From assembly GCA_038851755.1 (NCBI GenBank), contig JAWCKR010000007.1:1-64000 (forward strand): a DNA stretch of 64,000 nucleotides. Direction: 5' to 3'. Below are positions 55,671-64,000 of this stretch, one piece after another; positions within the stretch are counted from its first letter, which is position 1; each line of letters starts with the position of its first letter. Under the pieces are notes generated by a model. That model was given only the letters and a program-made list of their open reading frames with translations. It was not told where the DNA came from and made no database searches. The translations under genes were made by a program, and so were the position numbers. The stretch comes from Candidatus Hadarchaeales archaeon. GTDB taxonomy: Archaea > Hadarchaeota > Hadarchaeia > Hadarchaeales > WYZ-LMO6.

Positions 55671-56312
55671 GGCCCCCTTCAGCCTCCTGCAGGTTTCCCA
55701 GGACCTCCTGGCGAAGGGAGGAAGGTCTCCGTGCTCCTCCACCCACCTCCTGAGGAAGCGAACGGTCAGGGGATCGTGGCTGTATCCCGAACCCAGCTCC
55801 CCGTACCTCTCCCTGAGCTCCGCCAGCCTCGCATCCCTCCTCACCTTCGCCAGGATGGAGGCCGCCCCCACCACCGTGTACTTCCTGTCCGCGGAGTTCT
55901 CCACCACCAGCTCCACCTCCACCTCCAGGTGCCTCCCCAGCCTCCTGCGGAAGAGATCTGGGTTGGGATCGGGGGAATCCACGTAAGCCACCCGCGGCTT
56001 CAGCCTGTTCAGGATGCGGGCGAACTCCCTGGCCTCGAGCTCGTTCAGGTTGATCCCGCCCTCCAGGGAAGCATCTATCTCCTCGGGCTGGAGCTCCACC
56101 ACCTCCGCCCTCCTGCACAGGGAGAGGATGAGGGGGGCCAGCCTCTCCCTCCTGCCTGGGGAGAGGAGCTTGGAGTCCCTCACCCCCGCCCTCTTCATCT
56201 CCTCCAGACCCTCACCGTCCACCACCACCCCGCAGAGGACCATGGGTCCCAGAACGGGTCCCCTGCCTGCCTCGTCCAGGCCCGCTATTTCCCTCCGGCC
56301 TCCCCTCTCCAT
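55662..56312 (-). CDS. rnhB: Ribonuclease HII
   Basis: GLDEAGRGP, DSK, AASILAKV.RD, GSGY, R.SW. Confidence 0.95.
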   Translation of the reverse strand: MERGGRREIAGLDEAGRGPVLGPMVLCGVVVDGEGLEEMKRAGVRDSKLLSPGRRERLAPLILSLCRRAEVVELQPEEIDASLEGGINLNELEAREFARILNRLKPRVAYVDSPDPNPDLFRRRLGRHLEVEVELVVENSADRKYTVVGAASILAKVRRDARLAELRERYGELGSGYSHDPLTVRFLRRWVEEHGDLPPFARRSWETCRRLKGASP

Positions 56313-56362
56313 CGAGGGAAAGGGGGGAGAGAGGCTAAATCCTTACCCTCCCAGCTCGGGGG

Positions 56363-56905
56363 ATGAAGAACTTCCTCCTCACGGGAAGACCGGGAAGCGG
56401 GAAGAGCACGGTGATAGGGAGAACGGTCTCCCTGCTGAGGGGTGAGGGGGTAAGGGTGGGAGGAATCTTCTGCCCGGAGCTGAGGGAAGGGGGCGAGAGA
56501 GTGGGTTTTGAGATAAGGGACCTGCTCACGGGGGAGGTGGGGGTGCTGGCACGCGTGGGGCTGGGAGGGCCCGGGGTGGGGAAGTACGGGGTGAACCTGG
56601 AAGCTCTGGAGAGGATAGGGGGAGGGGGGATAAGGAGGGCGCTGGAGGAGGCGGAGGTGGTAGTGGTGGACGAGATAGGTCCCATGGAGGTGCTCAGTAA
56701 GGGCTTCAGGGAGGCCGTGCTCCAGGCCCTCTCCTCCCCTCTCCCCCTGCTGGCGGCGATACACCTGAGGACGGAAAGGGGCTTCATAGGGGAGGTGAAG
56801 GGGAGGAAGGACGTGAAGCTCCTGGAGGTCTCCCCTTCCAACTTCTCCTCCCTCCCCTCTCTCCTGGCCGGGGAGATCCTACGGCTGGTAAGGACTAAAG
56901 GCTGA
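56363..56905 (+). CDS. THEP1-type NTPase
   Basis: TGRPGSGKST, R.GF, VGKY, VDEIGPME. Confidence 0.9.
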   Translation: MKNFLLTGRPGSGKSTVIGRTVSLLRGEGVRVGGIFCPELREGGERVGFEIRDLLTGEVGVLARVGLGGPGVGKYGVNLEALERIGGGGIRRALEEAEVVVVDEIGPMEVLSKGFREAVLQALSSPLPLLAAIHLRTERGFIGEVKGRKDVKLLEVSPSNFSSLPSLLAGEILRLVRTKG

Positions 56906-56922
56906 GGCTCCCATCCTCACCG

Positions 56923-58011
56923 ATGCTCTATCTCCTCAGGTATGGCGAGCTGGCCCTCAAGTCCGAGCCCGTGAGGAGGAGGTGGGAGGAAAGCCTGGTG
57001 AAGCAGCTGAGGACCCTCCCCGGAGTGGAAAGGGTGAGGAGGGAGAGGGGGAGGATATGGGTGGAGGGGGAGGTACAGGAGGAGAGGCTGAAGAAGGTCT
57101 TCGGCATAGTCTCCTTCTCCCCCTGCGAAAGGTGCACCCTCTCCGAGCTGGAGGAAAGGGCGGTGGAGTTCTGCAGGAGGGAGGGCTTCGAGGAGGGTGG
57201 GACCTTCGCGGTGAGGGTGAGGAGGACCGGTGACCATCCCTTCACCTCTCCACAGAAGGCGGCGGAGCTGGGCTCCCTCCTCCAGAAAACGTTCAGGGGG
57301 CTGAGGGTGGATCTGGAGAAGCCTCAGAGGGAACTCTTCGTGGAGATCAGGGGAGGGGAGTGCTTCCTCTTCTCCCGGGTGGTGAAGGGGGCGGGAGGGA
57401 TACCGCTGGGAGTGGAGGGGAAGGTGGTCTCCCTCTTCTCGGGTGGAATAGACTCCCCCGTGGCCACCTGGATGACGATGAAGAGGGGGTGCGAGGTCAT
57501 CCCCCTCTACCTCGACCCCTCCCCCTTCTCCCGCCCCGAAGCCAGGGAAAGGGCGGAAAAGGTGGTGAGGGTTCTCTCCGAGTACCATCCCGGGCTGGGG
57601 CTGGAGGTGAGGGAGCACGGAGAGTTCCTACGAAGGGTGAGGGAGTTCCTCTGGAAGAGGGGGGAGGAGAGGTACACCTGCCTCCTGTGCAAGCGGAGGA
57701 TGTACAGGGTGGGGGAGGAGGTGGCCAAGGAGAAGGGGGCCCTGGCCCTGGTCACGGGCGAGAGCCTTGGGCAGGTGGCCTCCCAGACCCTGGAGAACCT
57801 GAGGGTGCTGGACGAGGCCTGCTCCCTTCCCGTGCTGCGGCCTCTGGTGGGCCTGGACAAGGTGGAGATAGAGGAGATGGCCAGGAAGATCGGAACCTGG
57901 CAGGAGTCCTCCAGGGAGGTGGGGAAATGCGGTGCTGCACCTCCGCGCCCAGCTACCAGGGCCGATCCTGAAAAGATCAGGGAACTGGAGGAGGAGCTGG
58001 AGAGGGAATGA
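56923..58011 (+). CDS. thiI: tRNA 4-thiouridine synthase (THUMP + PP-loop, Fe-S type, no rhodanese domain)
   Basis: RYGEL.LK, SGGIDSPVA, CLLCKRRM, GESLGQVASQT, RPL.G.DK, C-terminal Cys. Confidence 0.92.
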   Translation: MLYLLRYGELALKSEPVRRRWEESLVKQLRTLPGVERVRRERGRIWVEGEVQEERLKKVFGIVSFSPCERCTLSELEERAVEFCRREGFEEGGTFAVRVRRTGDHPFTSPQKAAELGSLLQKTFRGLRVDLEKPQRELFVEIRGGECFLFSRVVKGAGGIPLGVEGKVVSLFSGGIDSPVATWMTMKRGCEVIPLYLDPSPFSRPEARERAEKVVRVLSEYHPGLGLEVREHGEFLRRVREFLWKRGEERYTCLLCKRRMYRVGEEVAKEKGALALVTGESLGQVASQTLENLRVLDEACSLPVLRPLVGLDKVEIEEMARKIGTWQESSREVGKCGAAPPRPATRADPEKIRELEEELERE

Positions 58012-58565
58012 ACTATCCCTTCCTCACCTCCCTGGGGGTGGTGCTACTGACCGAGCTTGGAGATAAAACCCAGCTGGCCACCGTGGCCCTCTCCTCCAGG
58101 TACGGGCGCCTGGCCGTCTTCTGTGGTGCCATGCTCGCCGTCTGTCTGGTGGACGGACTGGGCATCCTGGCCGGCGCGGCCTCCGGGAAGGTCCTGCCGG
58201 CCAGGACCTCCTCCCTCGTGGCCTCCTCCCTCTTCCTGGCCTTCGGGGTCTGGATCCTCCTCCGAAAGGAGGGTGGGAGAAGAACCCGGGGAGGGAAATC
58301 GGCCCTCCTCTCTTCCTTCCTCCTGATCTCCCTCATGGAGGTGGGCGACAAGACGCAGGTCTCGACCTTTGCCCTCTCGGTGGAGTATCAGTCCCCCCTC
58401 TGGATTTTCCTGGGGGCCACGCTGGCCTATTCCCTCCTGATGGGGATGGGCGTGGCCGTGGGTGGCTACCTGGGGGAGCGCCTGCCCGAGCGACTCCTGA
58501 AGAGGGCCTCCGGAGCCCTCTTCCTGCTCCTGGGGTTCCTTCTCCTCCTCAAGGCGCTGGGATGA
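58008..58565 (+). CDS. UPF0016/GDT1 family Ca2+/Mn2+ transporter
   Basis: Two E-x-G-D-K-T motifs (ELGDKTQ, EVGDKTQ). Confidence 0.92.
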   Translation: MNYPFLTSLGVVLLTELGDKTQLATVALSSRYGRLAVFCGAMLAVCLVDGLGILAGAASGKVLPARTSSLVASSLFLAFGVWILLRKEGGRRTRGGKSALLSSFLLISLMEVGDKTQVSTFALSVEYQSPLWIFLGATLAYSLLMGMGVAVGGYLGERLPERLLKRASGALFLLLGFLLLLKALG

Positions 58566-58606
58566 AAGTTCAGCAAGATTAAAGGGAGGGAGGAGGAAGA
58601 AAGGAG

Positions 58607-59146
58607 ATGCCCCAGGCCCTTCTGATCGTGGACATGCTGAACGATTTCGTCACCGGGAAGTTCGGCTTCCCGGGTGCCAGGCGGATCGTGCCCCGCCTCA
58701 GGGGGCTGCTGGAGGAATGGAGGAGAAGGGGGGAACCCGTGGTCTACGTCTGCGACTCCCACCCCCCCGAGGACCCGGAGTTCAACCTGTGGGGACCCCA
58801 CGCGCTGAAGGGCACGGAGGGGGCGAAGGTGATCCCGGAGCTGGAGCCCAGGGGGGGAGAGAAGGTGGTGGAGAAGAGGAGGTACAGCGGCTTCTTCGGG
58901 ACCGAGCTGGAGAGGGTGTTGAAGGAGGCGGGTGCGGAGGGAGTGGTGCTCACGGGGGTGCTGACGGACTTCTGCGTCCTGCACACCGCCGCCGACGCCT
59001 TCTTCAGGGGGTACGGTGTTACGGTGGTGAGGGACTGCGTGGCCTCCACCAGCCAGAAGGCCCACCACTGGGCCCTGAAGTACATGAGGGAAGCCTACGG
59101 GGCCAGGGTGACGAGCTCACACAAGCTGCTGGGGGAGAGGAAGTGA
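58607..59146 (+). CDS. pncA: Nicotinamidase / isochorismatase family
   Basis: VDMLNDF, D.H, W..H, K.RYSGF, TDFCV; upstream of pncB. Confidence 0.82.
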   Translation: MPQALLIVDMLNDFVTGKFGFPGARRIVPRLRGLLEEWRRRGEPVVYVCDSHPPEDPEFNLWGPHALKGTEGAKVIPELEPRGGEKVVEKRRYSGFFGTELERVLKEAGAEGVVLTGVLTDFCVLHTAADAFFRGYGVTVVRDCVASTSQKAHHWALKYMREAYGARVTSSHKLLGERK

Positions 59147-60333
59147 GGCTCTTCCACATCGCCTCTGACGAGGAGATAAGGGCCGGGGAAACCACGGATG
59201 TCTACTTCAGGAGGACCATGCAGGTCCTCAGGGAGAAGGGACTGGAGGGGAGGAGGGTGGTGGCAGAGATAACCGCCCACTCCCTGCCCAGGGGATGGCC
59301 CTGGGGCATCCTCTGCGGGGTGGAGGAGGCGGCGAAGCTGCTCGAGGGAAAGAAGGTCAACGTCTCTTCCCTCCCCGAAGGTACGGTCTTCCGACCAGAG
59401 GATGCCGGGGGTCTGAGGGTGCCCGTGATGGTGATAGAGGGGCCCTACGGAGAGTTCTGCGAGCTGGAGACCCCCCTGCTGGGGCTCCTCTGCCAGGCCT
59501 CGGGGGTGGCCACCATGGCGGGAAGGCTGAGGAAGCTGGCGGGGGAGAGACTTCTGATAGGGTTCGGGATGAGGAGGGTCCACCCCGCGCTGGCCCCCAT
59601 GGTGGACCGGGCCTCCTACATAGGGGGGGTGGACGGGGTCTCGAGCCTGGCGGGGGCCAGGGCCATAGGGAAGGAACCCATGGGCACGATGCCCCACGCC
59701 CTCGTCATCGTGATGGGCGACCAGGTGAGAGCCTGGAAGGCCTTCGACGAGGTGATGCCCCCCGCGGTACCCAGGGTGGCGCTGGTGGACACCTACTTCG
59801 ACGAGAAGACCGAAGCCCTCATGGCGGCGGAGGCCTTGGGTCCGAGGCTCTGGGGGGTGAGGCTCGATACCCCCTCTTCCAGGAGAGGGGACATGGCCAC
59901 GCTGGTAAGGGAGGTGAGGTGGGAGCTGGACCTGAGGGGACACTCCCACGTGAAGATCATCGTCTCGGGAGGCATCAGCGACGAGAACATCAGGGAGCTC
60001 TGCGAGGCCGGGGTGGACGGCTTCGGGGTGGGAACCTCCCTCAGCAACGCTCCCACCATAGACTTCGCCCTGGACATCGTGGAGATGGAGGGGAAGCCCG
60101 TGGCGAAGAGGGGTAAGCTGGGGGGAAAGAAGGAGGTGTGGAGGTGCGGACGCTGCCTGAGGGACCTGGTCCTGCCCGTCGGAAAGGGGGCCCCCGCCTG
60201 CCCCTCCTGCGGCTCCCCCTGTCTCCCCCTCCTCCAGCCGCTCGTGAGGGAAGGAAGGGTGGCGCCCCTGCCCACGGTGGAGGAGATCAGGGGGAGGGTG
60301 CTGGAGCAGCTGAAGAAGCTGCCCCCCCTCTGA
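59143..60333 (+). CDS. pncB: Nicotinate phosphoribosyltransferase
   Basis: TDVYF, FG.RR.HP, GTMPH, LVDT, VRLDT, SGG, FGVGT. Confidence 0.92.
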   Translation: MRLFHIASDEEIRAGETTDVYFRRTMQVLREKGLEGRRVVAEITAHSLPRGWPWGILCGVEEAAKLLEGKKVNVSSLPEGTVFRPEDAGGLRVPVMVIEGPYGEFCELETPLLGLLCQASGVATMAGRLRKLAGERLLIGFGMRRVHPALAPMVDRASYIGGVDGVSSLAGARAIGKEPMGTMPHALVIVMGDQVRAWKAFDEVMPPAVPRVALVDTYFDEKTEALMAAEALGPRLWGVRLDTPSSRRGDMATLVREVRWELDLRGHSHVKIIVSGGISDENIRELCEAGVDGFGVGTSLSNAPTIDFALDIVEMEGKPVAKRGKLGGKKEVWRCGRCLRDLVLPVGKGAPACPSCGSPCLPLLQPLVREGRVAPLPTVEEIRGRVLEQLKKLPPL

Positions 60334-60369
60334 GAAAAAAACCAAATAGCCCCACGGAGAGGATGAGGG

Positions 60370-61848
60370 ATGGAACTGGAAGCGCAGGAGGCCAAGGCCC
60401 TCCTCTTCCTCCGGGAGAAGGGTGAGGCCTGGACGGAAGAAGTGGAGAGGGGAACGGGCCTTGATCCCTCCACCCTGATGAGGGCGGTCCTGGGGCTGAG
60501 CCAGAGGGGGTACCTCTCCGTAAGGGAGGAGCACTCCTTCCTCCTCTCCCTCACGGAGGAGGGGAGGAGGTACGCCAGTGGGGGGCTGCCCGAGCGGAGG
60601 ATGCTGGAAAGGCTGGCGGAGGGTGAAAAGCCAGTGGAAGAGGTGCTCTCGGGGGGGAAGGAGGAGGCCACCATAGCGCTGGGCTGGCTCAGGAGGAAGG
60701 GACTGGCGGAGGTGATGGGGGGGAAGGTGAGGCTCACCGCGCAGGGGAAGGAGGCCCTCTCCAAGGAGTGGCCGGAGGAGGGGCTCCTGCGCAGGCTCTC
60801 GGAGGGGGAACTCTCCCTTTCCACGCTCTCCCCGGAAGCGGAGATCCTCAGGAGGAGGGGACTGGTGGAGGTGAGGGAGAAGGTCAGGCGCCTCCTCTCC
60901 CTCACGGAGGAGGGGAGGAGGGCGGCGGCGGGGGTCAGGGTGGTGGAGGAGGTCACCGAACTCACCCGCGAAATGCTGGTGACCGGGAGGTGGAGGGAGG
61001 TGAAGTTCAAGCGCTACGACCCCTCCGAGGGAGTCCCTCCCCTTCACCCCGGCAGAATCCACCCGCAGCAGAGGGTGATCGAGGAGGTGAGGGAGGCCCT
61101 GCTGGCGATGGGCTTCGTGGAGATAAAGAGCAGGGTGGTGGAGTCGGAGTTCTGGAACTTCGACGCCCTCTTCCAGGCCCAGGACCACCCGGCGAGGGAA
61201 ATCCACAGCAACTTCACCCTTTCCCGCCCCTCCAAGACCAGGCTCCCCCACCCGGACCTGGTGAGGAGGGTGGCCAGGGCCCACGAAAGGGGGGTGGAGG
61301 GATCCACGGGCTGGGGATACAGGTTCAATCCCGAGGTGAGCCGGAGGGCCGTCCTCTGCTCCCAGACCACCGCTGCCACCGTGCGCTACCTCTCCTCCCA
61401 CCCCCATCCGCCCCTCAAGGTCTTCTGCATCGACAGGGTGTACAGGCACGAGAGGATAGACTACAAGCACCTGGCCGAGTTCTACCAGTGCGAGGGAATA
61501 GTGATGGACGAGGGATTGACCTTCAGGGACATGCTGGGGTACCTGAAGCTGATCCTCACCACCCTGGGCTTCGAGAAGGTGAGGTTCCGCCCGGGCTACT
61601 TCCCCTTCACGGAGCCCTCCGTGGAGGCCGAGGTCTACCACCCGAAGAGGGGGGAGTGGGTGGAGGTGCTGGGGGCTGGCATGTTCAGGCCGGAACTCCT
61701 CAGGCCCCTGGGCGTGAAACACCCGGTGCTGGCCTGGGGGATAGGGCTCTCCAGGCTGGTGATGATGAGGCTGGGGCTGGAGGACATCAGGGACCTCTTC
61801 TGCAACGACCTGGAGACCCTGCAGGGCCTTGGTCTCAGGAGGGGATGA
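60370..61848 (+). CDS. pheS: Phenylalanyl-tRNA synthetase alpha (archaeal type)
   Basis: FWNFDALF..QDHPARE, YR.E.ID..HL.EF.Q, YFPFTEPS, G.FRPE. Confidence 0.95.
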   Translation: MELEAQEAKALLFLREKGEAWTEEVERGTGLDPSTLMRAVLGLSQRGYLSVREEHSFLLSLTEEGRRYASGGLPERRMLERLAEGEKPVEEVLSGGKEEATIALGWLRRKGLAEVMGGKVRLTAQGKEALSKEWPEEGLLRRLSEGELSLSTLSPEAEILRRRGLVEVREKVRRLLSLTEEGRRAAAGVRVVEEVTELTREMLVTGRWREVKFKRYDPSEGVPPLHPGRIHPQQRVIEEVREALLAMGFVEIKSRVVESEFWNFDALFQAQDHPAREIHSNFTLSRPSKTRLPHPDLVRRVARAHERGVEGSTGWGYRFNPEVSRRAVLCSQTTAATVRYLSSHPHPPLKVFCIDRVYRHERIDYKHLAEFYQCEGIVMDEGLTFRDMLGYLKLILTTLGFEKVRFRPGYFPFTEPSVEAEVYHPKRGEWVEVLGAGMFRPELLRPLGVKHPVLAWGIGLSRLVMMRLGLEDIRDLFCNDLETLQGLGLRRG

Positions 61849-61849
61849 G

Positions 61850-63502
61850 GTGCCCACCCTTTCCGTGAACCTCGAAGACTTCTGCTCCCTGCTGGGGGAG
61901 AAAAGGAAGGAAGGGGAACTGTGCGAGCGCCTCGCCCTCATGGGGGTGGAGGCCGAGGTCTCGGGAGGGGAGCTGAGGATGGAGATCCTGCACAACCGCC
62001 CCGACCTCCTGAGCCCCGAGGGGGTGGCCAGGGCCCTGAGGGGCTTTCTGGGTAAGGAGAAGGGACTGCCCTCCTATCCCCTCTCCCGCTCGGGGATCAC
62101 GGTGAGGGTGGACAGGAGCGTGAGGGGGGTAAGGCCCTTCATAGCCGCGGGGGTGGTGAGGGGGGTGAAGCTCACGGAGGGCGTGGTGGCCTCCCTCATG
62201 CAGACCCAGGAAAAGCTCCACGACTTCCTGGGGAGGAGGAGGAAGGGGTCCATAGGGGTGTACGACCTGGACACGGTGGAACCCCCCTTCACCTACACCT
62301 CGGTGGAACCGGAGGGCATTTCCTTCGTCCCCCTGGACTTCGGGGAGAGCCTCACTCCCGCCCAGATCCTGCAGCTCCATCCTAAGGGAAGGGAGTACGG
62401 CTGGATCCTGGAGGGGAAGAGGAGGTACCCCCTGCTGGTGGACCGGTGGGGGAGGGTCCTCTCCATGCCCCCCATCATCAACAGCGAGGACACCAGGGTG
62501 ACGGAAAGCACCACCAACCTCTTCATAGACGTGACGGGGGAGAGGGAGGACTGGGCGCACCTGGGCCTGGTGCTCATGATGACCTCCCTGGCGGAGAGGG
62601 GCTTCGACCTTCAGACCGTCAAAGTCAGATACCCGGACCGGACGGTGGAGACCCCCTCCCTGAGACCACGCAGGTTCGAGCTGACGGAGGAGGAGGTCAG
62701 GGACCTCCTGGGTCTGGACCTGAGGGCGAAGGAAATAGCGGGAATCCTCAGGAGGATGAGGTACGGGGTGGAGGTGAAGGGAAGGAACCTGACCGTGCTG
62801 GCCCCACCCTTCAGGGCGGACCTGCTCCATCCCGTGGACCTGCTGGAGGACGTGGCCATAGGATACGGGTACGACAGGATCCCACCACGCGTGAAGGGGG
62901 TGAACACGGTGGGGAGGAAGGCTGGGGTGGAGGAGCTCTCGGACCTCGTTCGCCTGACCATGGTCGGGCTGGGCTTCACGGAGGTGATGACCTACACCCT
63001 CACCAGCCCCAGGGTGAACTTCGGGATGATGAGGACGGGGGGAGAAGCGGTGGAGATAGGGAATCCCGTCTCGGAGGAGCTCACCATCCTCAGGACCTGG
63101 CTTCTCCCCTCCCTGCTGGGGGTGCTCCGCTCCAACAAGAAGCACCCCCTCCCCCAGAGGATCTTCGAGGTGGGAAACGTGGTGCTGCTGGACGAGAACT
63201 CGGAGACCGGGGCGAAGGAGGTGCGCAGGCTGGGGGCCTGCGTGATAGGGAAGGGGGCGGGGTGGAGCCACATCAAGGCGGTGGTGGAGGCCGTGGCGAG
63301 GGAGCTCGGCCTCTCACCCGAGGTCAGATCGCTGGAGCATCCCAGCTTCCTGGAGGGGAGGGCGGCCGAGTTCTGGTGGAAGGGGAGGAAGCTGGGAATG
63401 GCGGGGGAGGTGCACCCCGAGGTGCTGCTGGCCTTCGAGCTGGAGAACCCCGTGGCCTCCCTGGAGCTGGACGTGGAGGCCCTGGCAGGGGGAGATAAAT
63501 AG
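61850..63502 (+). CDS. pheT: Phenylalanyl-tRNA synthetase beta (archaeal type)
   Basis: NRPDLLS.EG, QEKLH, S.PPIINS, R.D.LH..D..EDVAI.YGY, GEVHP.VL..F. Confidence 0.95.
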   Translation: MPTLSVNLEDFCSLLGEKRKEGELCERLALMGVEAEVSGGELRMEILHNRPDLLSPEGVARALRGFLGKEKGLPSYPLSRSGITVRVDRSVRGVRPFIAAGVVRGVKLTEGVVASLMQTQEKLHDFLGRRRKGSIGVYDLDTVEPPFTYTSVEPEGISFVPLDFGESLTPAQILQLHPKGREYGWILEGKRRYPLLVDRWGRVLSMPPIINSEDTRVTESTTNLFIDVTGEREDWAHLGLVLMMTSLAERGFDLQTVKVRYPDRTVETPSLRPRRFELTEEEVRDLLGLDLRAKEIAGILRRMRYGVEVKGRNLTVLAPPFRADLLHPVDLLEDVAIGYGYDRIPPRVKGVNTVGRKAGVEELSDLVRLTMVGLGFTEVMTYTLTSPRVNFGMMRTGGEAVEIGNPVSEELTILRTWLLPSLLGVLRSNKKHPLPQRIFEVGNVVLLDENSETGAKEVRRLGACVIGKGAGWSHIKAVVEAVARELGLSPEVRSLEHPSFLEGRAAEFWWKGRKLGMAGEVHPEVLLAFELENPVASLELDVEALAGGDK

Positions 63503-63508
63503 GAAGAG

Positions 63509-63792
63509 GGCCAAGAACTGAATGGCCATGAGGGACCTTTCCGCGGTCGAAAGGGCTGGCGGGATTCGTGAACGCCGGTGCATCGCCGCGGGTACACCGG
63601 AGCCACTGCCGGGATAGCCGCGCCATTTGGGTCCTCCCGCGAGTTCAGGGCGGGAACACCCTGCGATGGACGGGCAGCCAACCCTGGTGCGCAACACCGG
63701 CAGGCCCCGTCTTCCCACCACGAGGGTTAGCGGGTGGAGAGCGCCGGAAGGCGTACTGGGAAACCCGTGGTTAGTGTGCTGGGAAGCGGGGC
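63509..63792. ncRNA. Candidate structured ncRNA of unknown family
   Basis: Longest non-coding gap in the window, between convergent genes. Multiple nested helices and a GNRA-capped hairpin; no credible ORF. Confidence 0.45.
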
Positions 63793-63795
63793 GCT

Positions 63796-64000
63796 TTACC
63801 AGGCAGCGGGTGAGGCCGAAGCCTCTGGCAATCCGCCTAAATCCGAGAAGCTCGCCAGACCGGGGAGGACCTCGTTCTCCAGGACATTTTCCACCTGCTG
63901 GTGCACGGTGGAGAAGAGGGAGGACGAGGAAAAGTAGAGAGCGCTGACCACCCCCGCCACGGTGATCAGCACCGCTGCCAAGATGAGGAGGTACTCCACC
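63796..64000 (-). CDS. Class III signal peptide / archaeal pilin-like protein (5' end probably outside the window)
   Basis: VEYLLILAAVLI hydrophobic segment starting with Glu, typical of (GQ)xxxEY prepilins. Confidence 0.7.
   Translation of the reverse strand, partial: VEYLLILAAVLITVAGVVSALYFSSSSLFSTVHQQVENVLENEVLPGLASFSDLGGLPEASASPAAW

Noticed and set aside
59095-61995. 966-aa minus-strand ORF and many other long antisense or alternate-frame ORFs (e.g. 3683-5203, 29398-30987, 40908-42428)
   Set aside because: Shadow ORFs of well-supported genes, caused by GC and codon bias; Pro/His/Gly-rich with no motifs.
63503-63795. RNase P, SRP RNA, cobalamin riboswitch, HDV-like ribozyme or interrupted tRNA as the identity of the structured gap
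   Set aside because: No GAGGAAAGUCC/ACAGAA P4 strands, no SRP helix-8 CAGG/AGCA motif, no downstream gene for a riboswitch, no P1 partner for an HDV fold, and no BHB parse giving a cloverleaf. Left as unknown.
1-64000. CRISPR arrays, transposases, integrases, prophage, rRNA
   Set aside because: None seen; nearly all of the sequence is explained by housekeeping or metabolic genes.

Overview
Very gene-dense, GC-rich archaeal chromosome segment. The E/K/R-rich proteins suggest a thermophile, and the gene set is consistent with a Hadarchaeota-like anaerobe (inference only). Contents in order: truA-proBAC-coaD-coaBC-pantoate kinase; an Sm protein divergent from a Ku plus ATP-dependent ligase (NHEJ) pair; tRNA-Ala(CGC); a PIN protein; thiolase, a group 3b [NiFe]-hydrogenase (hydBGDA), a MaoC-type hydratase and an SDR; a tRNA-Lys(CUU) interrupted by three BHB/BHL introns (9/10, 30/31, 37/38); a ~27 kb C1/Wood-Ljungdahl supercluster (corrinoid protein, RACo, cdhABCDE, metV-metF, a tandem ferredoxin-MvhD protein, cooC, mobA, fwdDBA-ftr-fwdC-mch-rimK-mfnA, mtd, mptG, an FrhB-like protein; no mer in the window); a damage-control, Fe-S and tRNA-thiolation block (DUF89, NnrE-TudS fusion, SmsCB, SAMP, NcsA, ThiI); rnhB, pncAB, pheST; a ~290-nt highly structured non-coding interval of unknown family; and the 3' part of a class III signal peptide gene. 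No CRISPR array, rRNA or transposase was seen. All assignments come from motif recognition by eye; no database searches were run.
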